Counted from the stretch's first letter, positions 1-8,741 are shown. The stretch: 64,000 nucleotides of DNA from an uncultured virus (IMG/VR IMGVR_UViG_2938983465_000007) (IMGVR_UViG_2938983465_000007); one strand, 5' to 3'. The notes: generated from the letters alone by a model not told the origin. A program made the numbers and translations.

Positions 1-113
1 CCGAACCGATAGCGTGCTTCCCCCCGCTGGTAGGTGAAGAGCCGGAGGAACATACCGACGCACAGCCAGAACGTCGCTTGCGTCAGCAGCAATTGCACCA
101 GATGGTTACCCAT
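1..113 (-). CDS. Phage holin family membrane protein (5' part only, runs off window)
   Basis: Hand translation from ATG at 113: MGNHLVQLLLTQATFWLCVGMFLRLFTYQRGEARYRFG; hydrophobic, overlaps end of 106-471. Confidence 0.65.
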   Translation of the reverse strand, partial: MGNHLVQLLLTQATFWLCVGMFLRLFTYQRGEARYRF

Positions 114-471
114 CTTGGCCTCCTATTGCGCCAGGTCCTGCCTTACCTCGCCGGAGCAACCACAGAGAAACAGTCACCACCAGCAGCGCCGCGACAAAGG
201 CAGCCAGACCCGAATAGTGGAACGGCCGGTATCCGTATACATCAACGTCCCTGATTGCCGGCGCGGTCATATAGCCCATGACGAACGAGATCAGCAGAAA
301 CAGCACCCGCTGCCAGGTCGGATACTCCTTGTTCGTCGTCGAATACAGCAGAGCGCCGAACAGCGCGCCCACAGCAGCGGCCCCATCGATGCCGGCCAGA
401 TACCCGGCCAGACCGATACCAGCGGCACCGGCCACAACAGCGGAAGCAGTCGTGCTCGCTGGTTCTCCCAT
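106..471 (-). CDS. Putative phage holin
   Basis: 121 aa with 3-4 hydrophobic segments; first gene after late leader terminator; GGAG RBS. Confidence 0.7.
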   Translation of the reverse strand: MGEPASTTASAVVAGAAGIGLAGYLAGIDGAAAVGALFGALLYSTTNKEYPTWQRVLFLLISFVMGYMTAPAIRDVDVYGYRPFHYSGLAAFVAALLVVTVSLWLLRRGKAGPGAIGGQDG

Positions 472-496
472 CGCTAGAACTCCTCAGCCGGCGGCA

Positions 497-529
497 GAAA
501 AGAGAAAGCCCCTCGAGCGAGGGGCTTTC
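497..529 (-). terminator. Intrinsic terminator in late-operon leader
   Basis: GAAAGCCCCTCG/CGAGGGGCTTTC inverted repeat followed by TCTTTTC on minus strand, just upstream of holin. Confidence 0.75.
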
Positions 530-620
530 AGGGTGACCCGGGCGGGGAAGCTCCGGGGCGGTTTGCACAGCACGTGCATCAATCGATGCCGGACCGCCTT
601 GGCGGATCTCGAACACCATG
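497..620 (-). ncRNA. Candidate late-leader small RNA carrying a GUGCUGUG seed
   Basis: Possible promoter TTTCGG-17-TACAAA (654-626, minus), nested hairpins, terminator at 497-529. Confidence 0.4.
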
Positions 621-669
621 GCGGCTTTGTACCCCCCGAACGGAAAAACCGAAAGGGGGGAATTATCGG

Positions 670-1227
670 TTATCCCGACACGGGCTGACGGGGGCTCGCG
701 GGGGCTGACGGGGGAGCAATTGCCGACGAACGGTATTCACCATTTACCCCGCGTACGGCTTTGCCACGCCGTGCAGCAGTGCGCCGCCGCTCGGCCTTCC
801 GGAGCGCCTTGATCGCCTCCAGCGTGCCGGCATGCCGTCGGGTCAGTTCGCATAGCACCAGCTCATGGAGGCGCTGTACCCAATTGCGATAAGTACGGTC
901 GGTGATTTCCCCGACCTCAAGTGCCGCGATCTGCTGTTTGACGGTGCGCGGAGGACAACTCAGATAGCGCAAGCGCGCCAAGCGCGCGAGACATGCGCCT
1001 TCCTCCCCGCGCCGTTCGATCGCATCTATGCATGCCTGAACCTCGCGCGCACGATGATCGACGGAGGCTCCACCGAGCAACACACGCGAACCAGGCTCGC
1101 CGCGCGGCGGCGCGCCCTGCCACTCAATCAAACCCGCCAGGCTGCTGGATATGGAACTGCATCCCACCCCATTACGGCCGATCTGCGCACTCCAATGCCG
1201 CATCAACACTTCGATCTCTTCAATCAT
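670..1227 (-). CDS. Putative late-gene antiterminator/activator (Q-like position)
   Basis: Start MIEEIEVLMRHW; C-terminal HTH-like segment (RTVKQQ...TDRTYRNWVQRLH); between replication and lysis genes. Confidence 0.6.
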   Translation of the reverse strand: MIEEIEVLMRHWSAQIGRNGVGCSSISSSLAGLIEWQGAPPRGEPGSRVLLGGASVDHRAREVQACIDAIERRGEEGACLARLARLRYLSCPPRTVKQQIAALEVGEITDRTYRNWVQRLHELVLCELTRRHAGTLEAIKALRKAERRRTAARRGKAVRGVNGEYRSSAIAPPSAPASPRQPVSG

Positions 1228-1253
1228 CGCCCCTCTCCCCGCCCGAAACCTCA

Positions 1254-1552
1254 ACCCAACACAAAAACGCCATACCCAACACACACCCAACACACTTAAA
1301 ACTCAACAAAATCAATGAGTTAGATAAACGTGTGTTGGGTGTGTTGGGTGTGTTGGGTTTTTCCAGCCCTCGCGTAGGAAAAAAAGCAGCGCGCCGCACC
1401 ATGATCTTGGTGCATTTTTTTGTTCGCACGCACGCGCCCGCGCGCGTAAACCCAACACACCCAACACACACACCCAGAGGCCCCGAGTTTCGCGGCCTCA
1501 CACTGTGTTGGGTTCGCAAAACAACCCAACACATACCCAACACACCCAACAC
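1254..1552. repeat. Iteron-like array of ACCCAACAC (8 direct, 4 inverted); probable phage replication origin
   Basis: Forward copies at 1254,1274,1285,1450,1459,1524,1535,1544; reverse at 1332,1341,1350,1505; AT-rich spacer 1296-1329; directly downstream of primase-helicase. Confidence 0.8.
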
Positions 1553-1566
1553 ACTTCCGGGCAGAT

Positions 1567-4305
1567 TCACGTCGTGTGCCCCTTCACATGGTCCCAACTG
1601 TCCACGTTCCAGCCCGCGAGCTTGGCCCGCGCCCGCCACTCGACCACGTGCGCACCCAGCGCGGCCGAGGAAGGGGATGGGGGCAGGAAGGACTCCGGGT
1701 CCTCAGGGAAGAAGAACGCCGCGAACCGACGGTTGCTGCCGTCCGTCCAGGGAATTGGCCTGGTCTTCTCGATACTTGCCGTGCTGATGAACAGACTGAA
1801 CTTCGTGTGGCTTATCGAATGCTCCTTGTTCTGCTGGCACCACTCCAAGAACAGCGCGTAGAGATCCTTGCTCATGCATGCCCCCCACAGCCCGTGTCCG
1901 AGTTCACCGCTACGCCAGAGGTGAACGAACGTCTGCCAGGTGGACCTACTCAAGGCCACCAGGCGTTCGCGTGCCGGCGTGCTCGGTGGCTTGGTCTGGG
2001 GGTCGAAGTCGCCTAAGTCCTGGGCCAGCAGCCAGGCATATAGCGCTTCGACGCCGCCATTGGCCAACTCGTGCTTGATCGCCTTCTGCCTGGCCTCCGG
2101 CAGCTTTTCCTCGGGCCACATGACCAAGAACCGCCGATCACCCTCGCTGATTGGCCAGGGCATGATTTCGTTGGAAAGGAACACAGCGTTCATGTGGCTG
2201 GCTTCTTCCCAGCCGTTCACGAACTTGCTCTCGATGCGCACGGTCTGACCGGTGATCAACTGCTTGATCTTGCCGACCTGGTTGTAGCGCTGGTCCCGGC
2301 TGACCACTTCCTCGAACACCGCCCACAACTTGCCGCTCTGCCAGGCATTGAAGTTCCCCTCAAGCTGGGTCTGCCCAACCGTGGCGGAATACTGACCATA
2401 CAGGCGTCCCATCACGACGGAGAACAAGAGGCTCTTGCCTGACCCCTCCATCGTCGAGTGCATCAGCACCGCCGTGTCCATCTTCGCGCCGGTGTGCTGC
2501 AGCGGATACGCAAGCCAGCGCACCAGCCACTGCATCGAGTCCTCAGCGTGGTTGCACAGAAAGGCGATCAGCCAGCGGAGGTTCTCGCACGCCGCATCAT
2601 CGCGCTTGGGCTCCAGCGGCAGGCCCTCGAACGTGTTGATGCATGTCTTGGTGTCGCACGTCATCGTCGGGTCAAAGACAATGTCGGCAACGTCTACCAC
2701 CCGGCGCTCCGGGCTGTTGAGCCAGAGCGAGTAGGCATCGCCCAGGGCCATCTTCACTGCGCCCTCGGGCACACGCCGTTTCTTCGCCAGGTCCCACACG
2801 TCCTTGGTGCCATCGATGTAGACGTAGCGCACCGCTGGAGGCATGCTCATCGGCCCGACGGCCTTTCCGGCCATGGACCGGGCTCGCTCGATCTCCTTGA
2901 CCTGCTCTTCGCTGATGCGCTTTTTCTTCTTCTCGTCGGTAACCTCCGACCACTCCTTGAAAACCTTCTGGCCCACCAGGGCGACGAAGGCGGTCTTCTT
3001 CATCTTCATCGCCTTGTCGATGTCCCACACGTGGGTTGTCCCCTCGACCAGGGCGTAGCGCCGCAGCGCCTTGGCCAGAGTCAGGCCCTCCCCCGCCCCC
3101 CTGTCATCTGCGGCGTCGCCGTCGGCATCCACATCTTCGACCGATGGGGAGCGGGGAAGCTCCTTGGCCGGGCTGGGGGGCGGCTCATCGCCGCTAAGCA
3201 TCTGGTCGAACTGCTCCAGCGCCTCGCGAACACTGGGTGCCCTGGACTCGCGCTCGATGCCCAGTAGGCGCGCCGCGGCCTTGACCGCCTCGCCCTGGTT
3301 GCCGTTGTGGTCGAGGATGCAGAACACGTCGAACGCGTCGTTCTGGTGGCCGTTGGCGAGAGGGTCTGAGCCATGGTGTGAATACACCCGCCCCTCGCTG
3401 ACCGTGACGCCCGGCAAGCCGGTGCTGCTCTGCGGACACAGCCACTTCTTCCCACGCTTGAGGTAGCCATGCGCCTCGAGCAATGCCTCGACATCGTGTG
3501 CCCGGTTGAAGGCATCGATAACCGACCCAGCGCTACCAGCCGGAGCCAGCCGCTTCGGCTTGGTAACCTTCTTCGGTTTCTGCACCGGCGCCCAAGGGCA
3601 TGCCGCCTCGGCGTCACGCTTGAAGATGCCCCAGTTCTTCCAGATGTTCAGCAGGTTGTCCGGCAATACCGGTAGCCCCTCACCCTTTGGCGGGTTGCGC
3701 CAGGTGTACGGTCGCCCGGTGCCAGGATGGATGGAGGGTGGCAGGACGTCCTGCACTAGGCCTGCGCGCAGCTCGAACACGGTGAAGCGCTTCAGGCTGT
3801 CGGCCAGCACCTGCATCTTTGTCTGCTGCTCGGCATCCCCCTTCTCTTTCGCTGCGAGGATCGCCGCCTGCGCGAGCTTGAACTTGGAGCCGTCCGGGTC
3901 CTTCTCGTTGGGCCAGCTCAGTGAGTGCCGACTCAGCTCAACCCCATCCGGCACCTGGAACAGAATTCGGAAGCGCTCCGGATTCCCTACCACGGTGGGG
4001 TAGGCTACCGGCAACGCATCCAGATCCAACCCGAGGCAGTCCCACAGCACCTGGCGAGTGGACGGGACGTCGTCGACATCCAGCGAGCAAACGCGACTGG
4101 GGCCGAGTACGGCCCCCATGTTGTGCTTCGGATGCTTGGACCAGAAAGCCTCAGCCTGGGCAGCATCGGTGTAGTAACCACCTGGCCTCTGCCAGGCCTT
4201 GCCCTTGGGGATCTTGTTCCCCGGTTCGATGACTACCAGCGCGATGCCTTGTTCGACATACCAGCGAGCCCACTCGCTACGTAGACTATCTTCGCCAGGC
4301 CTCAT
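1567..4305 (-). CDS. Bifunctional primase-polymerase / SF3 helicase replication protein
   Basis: 912 aa; N-terminal prim-pol motifs (LDVDD, LPPSIHP); C-terminal Walker A (EGSGKS) and Walker B (VFEE). Confidence 0.88.
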   Translation of the reverse strand: MRPGEDSLRSEWARWYVEQGIALVVIEPGNKIPKGKAWQRPGGYYTDAAQAEAFWSKHPKHNMGAVLGPSRVCSLDVDDVPSTRQVLWDCLGLDLDALPVAYPTVVGNPERFRILFQVPDGVELSRHSLSWPNEKDPDGSKFKLAQAAILAAKEKGDAEQQTKMQVLADSLKRFTVFELRAGLVQDVLPPSIHPGTGRPYTWRNPPKGEGLPVLPDNLLNIWKNWGIFKRDAEAACPWAPVQKPKKVTKPKRLAPAGSAGSVIDAFNRAHDVEALLEAHGYLKRGKKWLCPQSSTGLPGVTVSEGRVYSHHGSDPLANGHQNDAFDVFCILDHNGNQGEAVKAAARLLGIERESRAPSVREALEQFDQMLSGDEPPPSPAKELPRSPSVEDVDADGDAADDRGAGEGLTLAKALRRYALVEGTTHVWDIDKAMKMKKTAFVALVGQKVFKEWSEVTDEKKKKRISEEQVKEIERARSMAGKAVGPMSMPPAVRYVYIDGTKDVWDLAKKRRVPEGAVKMALGDAYSLWLNSPERRVVDVADIVFDPTMTCDTKTCINTFEGLPLEPKRDDAACENLRWLIAFLCNHAEDSMQWLVRWLAYPLQHTGAKMDTAVLMHSTMEGSGKSLLFSVVMGRLYGQYSATVGQTQLEGNFNAWQSGKLWAVFEEVVSRDQRYNQVGKIKQLITGQTVRIESKFVNGWEEASHMNAVFLSNEIMPWPISEGDRRFLVMWPEEKLPEARQKAIKHELANGGVEALYAWLLAQDLGDFDPQTKPPSTPARERLVALSRSTWQTFVHLWRSGELGHGLWGACMSKDLYALFLEWCQQNKEHSISHTKFSLFISTASIEKTRPIPWTDGSNRRFAAFFFPEDPESFLPPSPSSAALGAHVVEWRARAKLAGWNVDSWDHVKGHTT

Positions 4306-4544
4306 ACCGCACCCGACTTAGTCTGCAAGCGGTATCCACGACGCACCTCCCTGCGCTGCTGGCACTCAACGCAGCAATCACACCCAGGCACCGCCAGGCG
4401 GCGCGCTGGGGGGATCTCGCTGCCGCAGTCATCGCAGATCGTCGCGCTGATACTGTACGCCGGCGCCGGACGGGGTCTAGAAGCGAGCGCCGCCTGTAAA
4501 TGGAACTCCTCCAGTTCGGAGGCGCGATCGAGGATGTCACCCAT
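4302..4544 (-). CDS. TraR/DksA C4-type zinc finger protein
   Basis: DILDRA N-terminus; CDDC...IPPARR...CVECQ. Confidence 0.9.
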   Translation of the reverse strand: MGDILDRASELEEFHLQAALASRPRPAPAYSISATICDDCGSEIPPARRLAVPGCDCCVECQQRREVRRGYRLQTKSGAV

Positions 4545-5037
4545 TGGCTCTGTCCTCCAGATCCTGCTCCATTGCCTGGCGCGCGCCGGCCATGATGCCC
4601 AGGACAGCCCGAATCACATTCGCACCGTGGTACTCCAGATCGGCGACCTCGGCGGGCTCCCAGCGGTTGTCATCCGCACCTTTATGCAGACTGGCAACAA
4701 ACTCGCCTTCGCGCTGCAGCAAATCCCCGACCGCCTTCAGGGCGGAAGCCGTGGCATTGACCGCCTCAGGCCGATACCAGACAGCACCGGCTGGGCGCAT
4801 CAGCGCGTCCAGCAGGCGTGGATCCTTGGTCAGGCGGATGATGTCTTCGAGTTCGTCGGGGGTGGGCCACCGGCGTTCCTCGTCGAGCTTCAGTTTCTTC
4901 TGCAGGTCCTCATAGGGCAGGACCATGTCGTGCGCCAGGGAGGTCACCCCCCCCTTGTAGTCGCGCCCTGCGCGGTACAGCGCCTGGCGGAGATCGAATA
5001 CCGGACCGGCGTCCGGCAGCAGGTCTTTCCGGCTCAT
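4537..5037 (-). CDS. Phage regulatory CII-family protein
   Basis: Start MSRKDLL after GGAG; HTH-like region; downstream of cro. Confidence 0.65.
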   Translation of the reverse strand: MSRKDLLPDAGPVFDLRQALYRAGRDYKGGVTSLAHDMVLPYEDLQKKLKLDEERRWPTPDELEDIIRLTKDPRLLDALMRPAGAVWYRPEAVNATASALKAVGDLLQREGEFVASLHKGADDNRWEPAEVADLEYHGANVIRAVLGIMAGARQAMEQDLEDRANG

Positions 5038-5062
5038 AACCGTAAATACTCCTTTTACGGTG

Positions 5063-5091
5063 TAGCCATCGAGCGGGGCTCGCCCTACTCT
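5063..5091 (+). promoter_or_regulatory. Putative sigma70 promoter antisense to the cro-cII transcript (pRE-like position)
   Basis: TAGCCA-17 nt-TACTCT; preceded by inverted repeat ACCGTAAA...TTTACGGT over the cII RBS. Confidence 0.5.
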
Positions 5092-5097
5092 ATGACC

Positions 5098-5195
5098 ACG
5101 ACCGATGCATGTGCTGTGTCGTCGTAAGCCGTCCAAGGGGGTGAGAGCCCTTGAATGGCACCCGCCGGCGCGGGAGGTGAGAGTCCCGCGCCGGC
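5098..5195 (+). ncRNA. Candidate three-hairpin regulatory RNA (seeds GUGCUGUG and 2x GGUGAGAG)
   Basis: Stems ACGAC/GTCGT, GCCGTCCAAGGG/CCCTTGAATGGC, GCCGGCGCGGGA/TCCCGCGCCGGC; the last two have identical loops; functional strand not certain. Confidence 0.5.
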
Positions 5196-5200
5196 ATCCT

Positions 5201-5437
5201 TCAAGCCGCTTGGGCAGTAATGGATTCTTCGGTAATCCGATAATGCTCAAGCACTGCGGCAAGACTTACCTTGCCCTCGCTTTCCCGGAAGAGGGCCTTG
5301 ATCAATGAAACACTTGGATCTTTGCTCGCGTACTTGACGTGCAAACGCAGGTAGTTGACAGAAATCGAGCAGCGCTTCGCATAGGACCGCAGTTGGTCAT
5401 CGCCCATCTGGTCGATGTATTCGCGTAGTTTCATCAT
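5201..5437 (-). CDS. Cro-like repressor
   Basis: Small HTH-like protein divergent from cI-like gene; GGAGG RBS. Confidence 0.75.
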   Translation of the reverse strand: MMKLREYIDQMGDDQLRSYAKRCSISVNYLRLHVKYASKDPSVSLIKALFRESEGKVSLAAVLEHYRITEESITAQAA

Positions 5438-5456
5438 CGTATGCCCTCCTACCGAC

Positions 5457-5517
5457 ATTTAACCACAAAGGTTAAATTTGGCAATACCCACAAGGGCATT
5501 CACCCGAAAGGTTAAAT
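5457..5517. promoter_or_regulatory. OR-like operator cluster
   Basis: Palindrome ATTTAACC-ACAAA-GGTTAAAT (5457-5477) and degenerate copy ATTCACCCGAAAGGTTAAAT (5498-5517) between cro and cI. Confidence 0.75.
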
Positions 5518-5533
5518 GCACAACACTTCACGG

Positions 5534-6181
5534 ATGAATATTTCAGATACCAGACTCACCAACCTCCGGCGGATCATGGCCGAGCGCAAGCTTCGCTCAA
5601 CCGACCTCGCGGACCTGCTCGGCAAGAGTCAGGCTCAGGTCAGCTCGTTCGCGGGAAAGAACCCCAGTAAAGGGATAGGAAACCAGATCGCTAGGGAGAT
5701 AGAACTAGCACTGTCGCTTCCGAAAGGGATGCTTGATCTGTCTTTCGGTCCCAGCGAGCAGGGCAATGCAGTAGTACTTAGCTCCACAGGGAGGAAGCTG
5801 CCAGTGATCGGATCGGTAGCTGCAGGGAAATGGTGCGAAGCGGTCGACACCTTCTTACCAGGCGATGCGGAGGAATGGATCGAAGCACCAGGGCCAGTAG
5901 GCCCTAATGCATTCATTCTGAAAATTGAAGGTCTAAGCATGCTGCCCAAGTTCTCCGATGGCGAAAAGGTAGTCATAGACCCCTCGCTGGAGGCCTTGCC
6001 TGGCCACTACGTTGTCGCCAAGAAAACGAAGTCGCAGGAGGTCACCTTCAAGCAGTTGCGCAGAGAAGGTACCGAGTACTTCCTCTACGCCCTCAATCCT
6101 GACTGGCCAGACCGAATCATCAAGCTCACCGAGGAGTGGCAGATTTGCGGCCGCGCCCGCTGGAAGATCACAGACCTTTGA
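5534..6181 (+). CDS. CI-like repressor (HTH + S24 autopeptidase)
   Basis: N-terminal HTH; VAAG cleavage site; EGLSM catalytic Ser; TFKQL catalytic Lys; start could be 5516. Confidence 0.93.
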   Translation: MNISDTRLTNLRRIMAERKLRSTDLADLLGKSQAQVSSFAGKNPSKGIGNQIAREIELALSLPKGMLDLSFGPSEQGNAVVLSSTGRKLPVIGSVAAGKWCEAVDTFLPGDAEEWIEAPGPVGPNAFILKIEGLSMLPKFSDGEKVVIDPSLEALPGHYVVAKKTKSQEVTFKQLRREGTEYFLYALNPDWPDRIIKLTEEWQICGRARWKITDL

Positions 6182-6199
6182 ACCTCTTTAGTTGAATCG

Positions 6200-6224
6200 A
6201 GCCCGCGTGATGCGGGCTTTTTTC
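6200..6224 (+). terminator. Intrinsic terminator after cI
   Basis: AGCCCGC-GTGAT-GCGGGCT followed by T-run. Confidence 0.85.
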
Positions 6225-6254
6225 TGTCCCCTCAGCCAGCCATCCGCAAAAAAA

Positions 6255-6306
6255 CAACCCCAACAGGTTAACAGTCTCTTGACTACTTAACCTTTGTGGT
6301 TAATAT
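6255..6306 (+). promoter_or_regulatory. pL/OL-like early promoter with operator
   Basis: TTGACT at 6279 and TAATAT at 6301; TTAACCTTTGTGGTTAA (6287-6303) is the exact reverse complement of the OR core. Confidence 0.8.
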
Positions 6307-6344
6307 CAGGTGCGTACCCCCTCTCTCACTTCCGGAGTACGCAA

Positions 6345-6554
6345 ATGCAATCGGCACAGCACACGCCCAAAGTCCGCTGCCAGGTGCTACTTCACCCGGC
6401 TGCGGCCACCAGCCCCAGAGTCGTTCAGGAGATCCAAGCCCGAACCGGCCTGCTGGTAATCGTTAGCACCTCCCACCGCGCCTGCCTCACCCAGCCGCGG
6501 CCTGCTGCCCACAGCACGGATGACGAGTTCGGTCCGTGGGGAGGTGCGGCATGA
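6345..6554 (+). CDS. Small hypothetical phage protein, first gene of early operon
   Basis: GGAG RBS, MQSAQH start; ATGA overlap with next gene. Confidence 0.6.
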   Translation: MQSAQHTPKVRCQVLLHPAAATSPRVVQEIQARTGLLVIVSTSHRACLTQPRPAAHSTDDEFGPWGGAA

Positions 6555-6856
6555 AGCCCACCATCGAAGAACTGCTCCTGCAGATCCTTTCTACCTGCCT
6601 GCTGATCGACAGCCAGGGCAAGTGGAAGGCCACCTTCTATCTGTCCTGCATCGACGCGGACGTCTCCGTTTCAATCTACCGGGCCGACGACACCGCGCCG
6701 TTGGGAGACCGCGTTGCCCATGCCTACGAGTACGCCTTCATCGGCGCCGACACTCGTGGCCGGCGCAGGAACCTCACGGATGACGAGTCCCGGCAGAACC
6801 TGGCGATGCTCCTAACCCTCACCCAGCGCTACCTCAGCATGGAGGCCGCGGCATGA
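6551..6856 (+). CDS. Hypothetical phage protein
   Basis: GGAGG RBS; ATGA overlaps at both ends. Confidence 0.7.
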   Translation: MKPTIEELLLQILSTCLLIDSQGKWKATFYLSCIDADVSVSIYRADDTAPLGDRVAHAYEYAFIGADTRGRRRNLTDDESRQNLAMLLTLTQRYLSMEAAA

Positions 6857-7422
6857 AACCCTTCCTGATCGGCCTCACTGGCCGCGCTCGCTCCGGCAAG
6901 GACACTGCGGCGAACTACCTCGCCGCCCAGTTCGGCCTGCTGGTCTATGCCCTAGCCTCGCCGCTGAAGCTGGCCCTGCTCGACATGCTGAACTTGCCCG
7001 GGTCCGCCCTGGAGGGCTCGGCCAAGGAACAGCCGCTGCCGTGGCTGGGCAAGTCGCCGCGTGAACTGATGCAACTGCTGGGCACCGAGTGGGGCCGCAA
7101 CTTAGTGCATCCACAGCTCTGGCTGCTGCTGGCCGACATGAACCTATCCAACCACCTGGAGGCGATGCCCCAGGCCCAGGGGTTCGTCATCAGCGACGTG
7201 CGTTTCGACAACGAGGCGGACTGGATCCGCGCCAAGGGCGGCGTAGTCGTCCACCTGCGCCGACAGGTTGCCGCCGAGGTCGCCGCACACAGTAGCGAGT
7301 CGGGCATCACTCCGGGGGCACGCGACCTGTTCATCAGCAACGACGGCAGTCTGAATGACCTCTACCAGACGCTGGACGAAGTGATGGCACTGCTCCATCT
7401 CCGCGCAAAGAACGCAGCCTAA
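6853..7422 (+). CDS. Deoxynucleoside monophosphate kinase family protein
   Basis: IGLTGRARSGKDT P-loop; SPRELMQLLGTEWGR; ISDVRFDNE; HSSE motifs. Confidence 0.88.
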   Translation: MKPFLIGLTGRARSGKDTAANYLAAQFGLLVYALASPLKLALLDMLNLPGSALEGSAKEQPLPWLGKSPRELMQLLGTEWGRNLVHPQLWLLLADMNLSNHLEAMPQAQGFVISDVRFDNEADWIRAKGGVVVHLRRQVAAEVAAHSSESGITPGARDLFISNDGSLNDLYQTLDEVMALLHLRAKNAA

Positions 7423-7433
7423 GAGGGCCAGCC

Positions 7434-7718
7434 ATGAACCGGGATATCCGCCAAGCAGCTGCCGCCCTCGGCGTCAGCGAACGGGACCTGCGCAACCACC
7501 TGCGGCAGCACAAGGACCTGAACCAGGACGGCACCCTTGCGGCCAAGCACATAGGCCAGGGCCACCTGTTCATGGATCCGCGTTCGCGCTGGAACCCGAG
7601 GCTGGGCCAGTACACCCACTACAGCGTGGTGATGGTCACCGAGGCTGGAATCTCCTACCTGGCCAAGCGTCTCGGCGTGTCCATCACCGTCACCCAGCAC
7701 AAGGACGACGTGGCATGA
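7434..7718 (+). CDS. Antirepressor KilAC-like domain protein
   Basis: AAAALGVSERDLRNHLR...VTEAGISYL pattern. Confidence 0.65.
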   Translation: MNRDIRQAAAALGVSERDLRNHLRQHKDLNQDGTLAAKHIGQGHLFMDPRSRWNPRLGQYTHYSVVMVTEAGISYLAKRLGVSITVTQHKDDVA

Positions 7719-8083
7719 ATCCAACACCGAACCCCATCGCCGACGCCGTCGGCACGCTCAAGCTGATCGGCATGCACTTCGCGGCACCGACCGCCTACCC
7801 GGCCGACGCTCTACAAGCCGCCGCGACAGAGTGCATCGACCGCCTGGCCGGCCAGCCCCAGGAAGTAGCTCAACTGGCGCTGCTCTATGCCGCCTTGGTG
7901 GCCATCACCCCTCGCGGCTGGCTACCCCACGTCACGCTCACCAACGACGAAGTGCGTCCTTACGGCGCCATAGTCACCGACGCGGCGGGCAACATCGCCG
8001 CCAGCGGGCTCGGCAAGACAGTCAACGGCCTAGTCGCCGTGGTGTCGGCCCGCCTACCGGTGGAGTGCGAGGAGGTTCTATGA
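7715..8083 (+). CDS. Hypothetical phage protein
   Basis: Coupled ATGA overlaps within operon. Confidence 0.65.
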   Translation: MNPTPNPIADAVGTLKLIGMHFAAPTAYPADALQAAATECIDRLAGQPQEVAQLALLYAALVAITPRGWLPHVTLTNDEVRPYGAIVTDAAGNIAASGLGKTVNGLVAVVSARLPVECEEVL

Positions 8084-8316
8084 CGACATTCGAGCAGCTC
8101 TACCAGCAGTGGGGTACAGCGACGCTCACCCTCGCCCAGGTGCGGGCAGCGTACTTCCCGCACCTGAAGACCGATAAGCGCCTACGGGCTCTGATCAAGA
8201 GTGGAGAGGTGGCACTGGTCACCCGCAAGCTCACGACGTCCCGGCTGGAGGAGCCGCTGGTGTACCTGACGGACCTGGCCGAGTTCCTCGACGCTAAGGG
8301 CGTCAAGGCAGCCTGA
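8080..8316 (+). CDS. Pyocin activator PrtN-family protein
   Basis: MTTFEQL...VRAAYFPHL...VYLTDLAEFLD pattern; GGAGG RBS. Confidence 0.75.
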   Translation: MTTFEQLYQQWGTATLTLAQVRAAYFPHLKTDKRLRALIKSGEVALVTRKLTTSRLEEPLVYLTDLAEFLDAKGVKAA

Positions 8317-8534
8317 TCGACGCGCCCCGGCGCAACCGGGTGAAACGACAGGGAGGAATGGCAGCCATGTAGACATCCCAACCGGGGCAGGTCAGCCCAA
8401 CTGGCCGAGCTGGATCAGCAGTCACATATGGCGGCGTATGTGAAACCGGAAGGCCTGGCGACGGGCCCTCCCCATAGGGCTCTCCACGAGAGCCCTATGG
8501 GGAACTCACCCAAACAAACTATGAGGCACAGCAC

Positions 8535-8666
8535 ATGAAAAGACCCTTTCTCGACACCCTGCGCGACGTTGAGTCCGGTGGATTGCTGGACGAACTCACC
8601 GACGCCCAACACAGCCTGATCGACGCCATCCGCCTAACCAACAAAGCCAGAGAACTGACCATCTAA
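8535..8666 (+). pseudogene. 43-aa ORF, probably a truncated phage gene
   Basis: GAGG RBS; MKRPFLDTLRDVESGGLLDELTDAQHSLIDAIRLTNKARELTI*; resembles the N-terminus of a longer common prophage protein (recall). Confidence 0.45.
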
Positions 8667-8741
8667 CCCATCCATCAACACGCCGCGCCGCCAGACTCTC
8701 ACACAATCCCTGGCGGCGCGGCGTCCAACAGGACACAGCAC

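Noticed and set aside
1254..1552. CRISPR array or coding ORFs across the ACCCAACAC repeats
   Set aside because: Repeats are 9 bp, in both orientations, with no regular unique spacers; overlapping ORFs are low-complexity by-products
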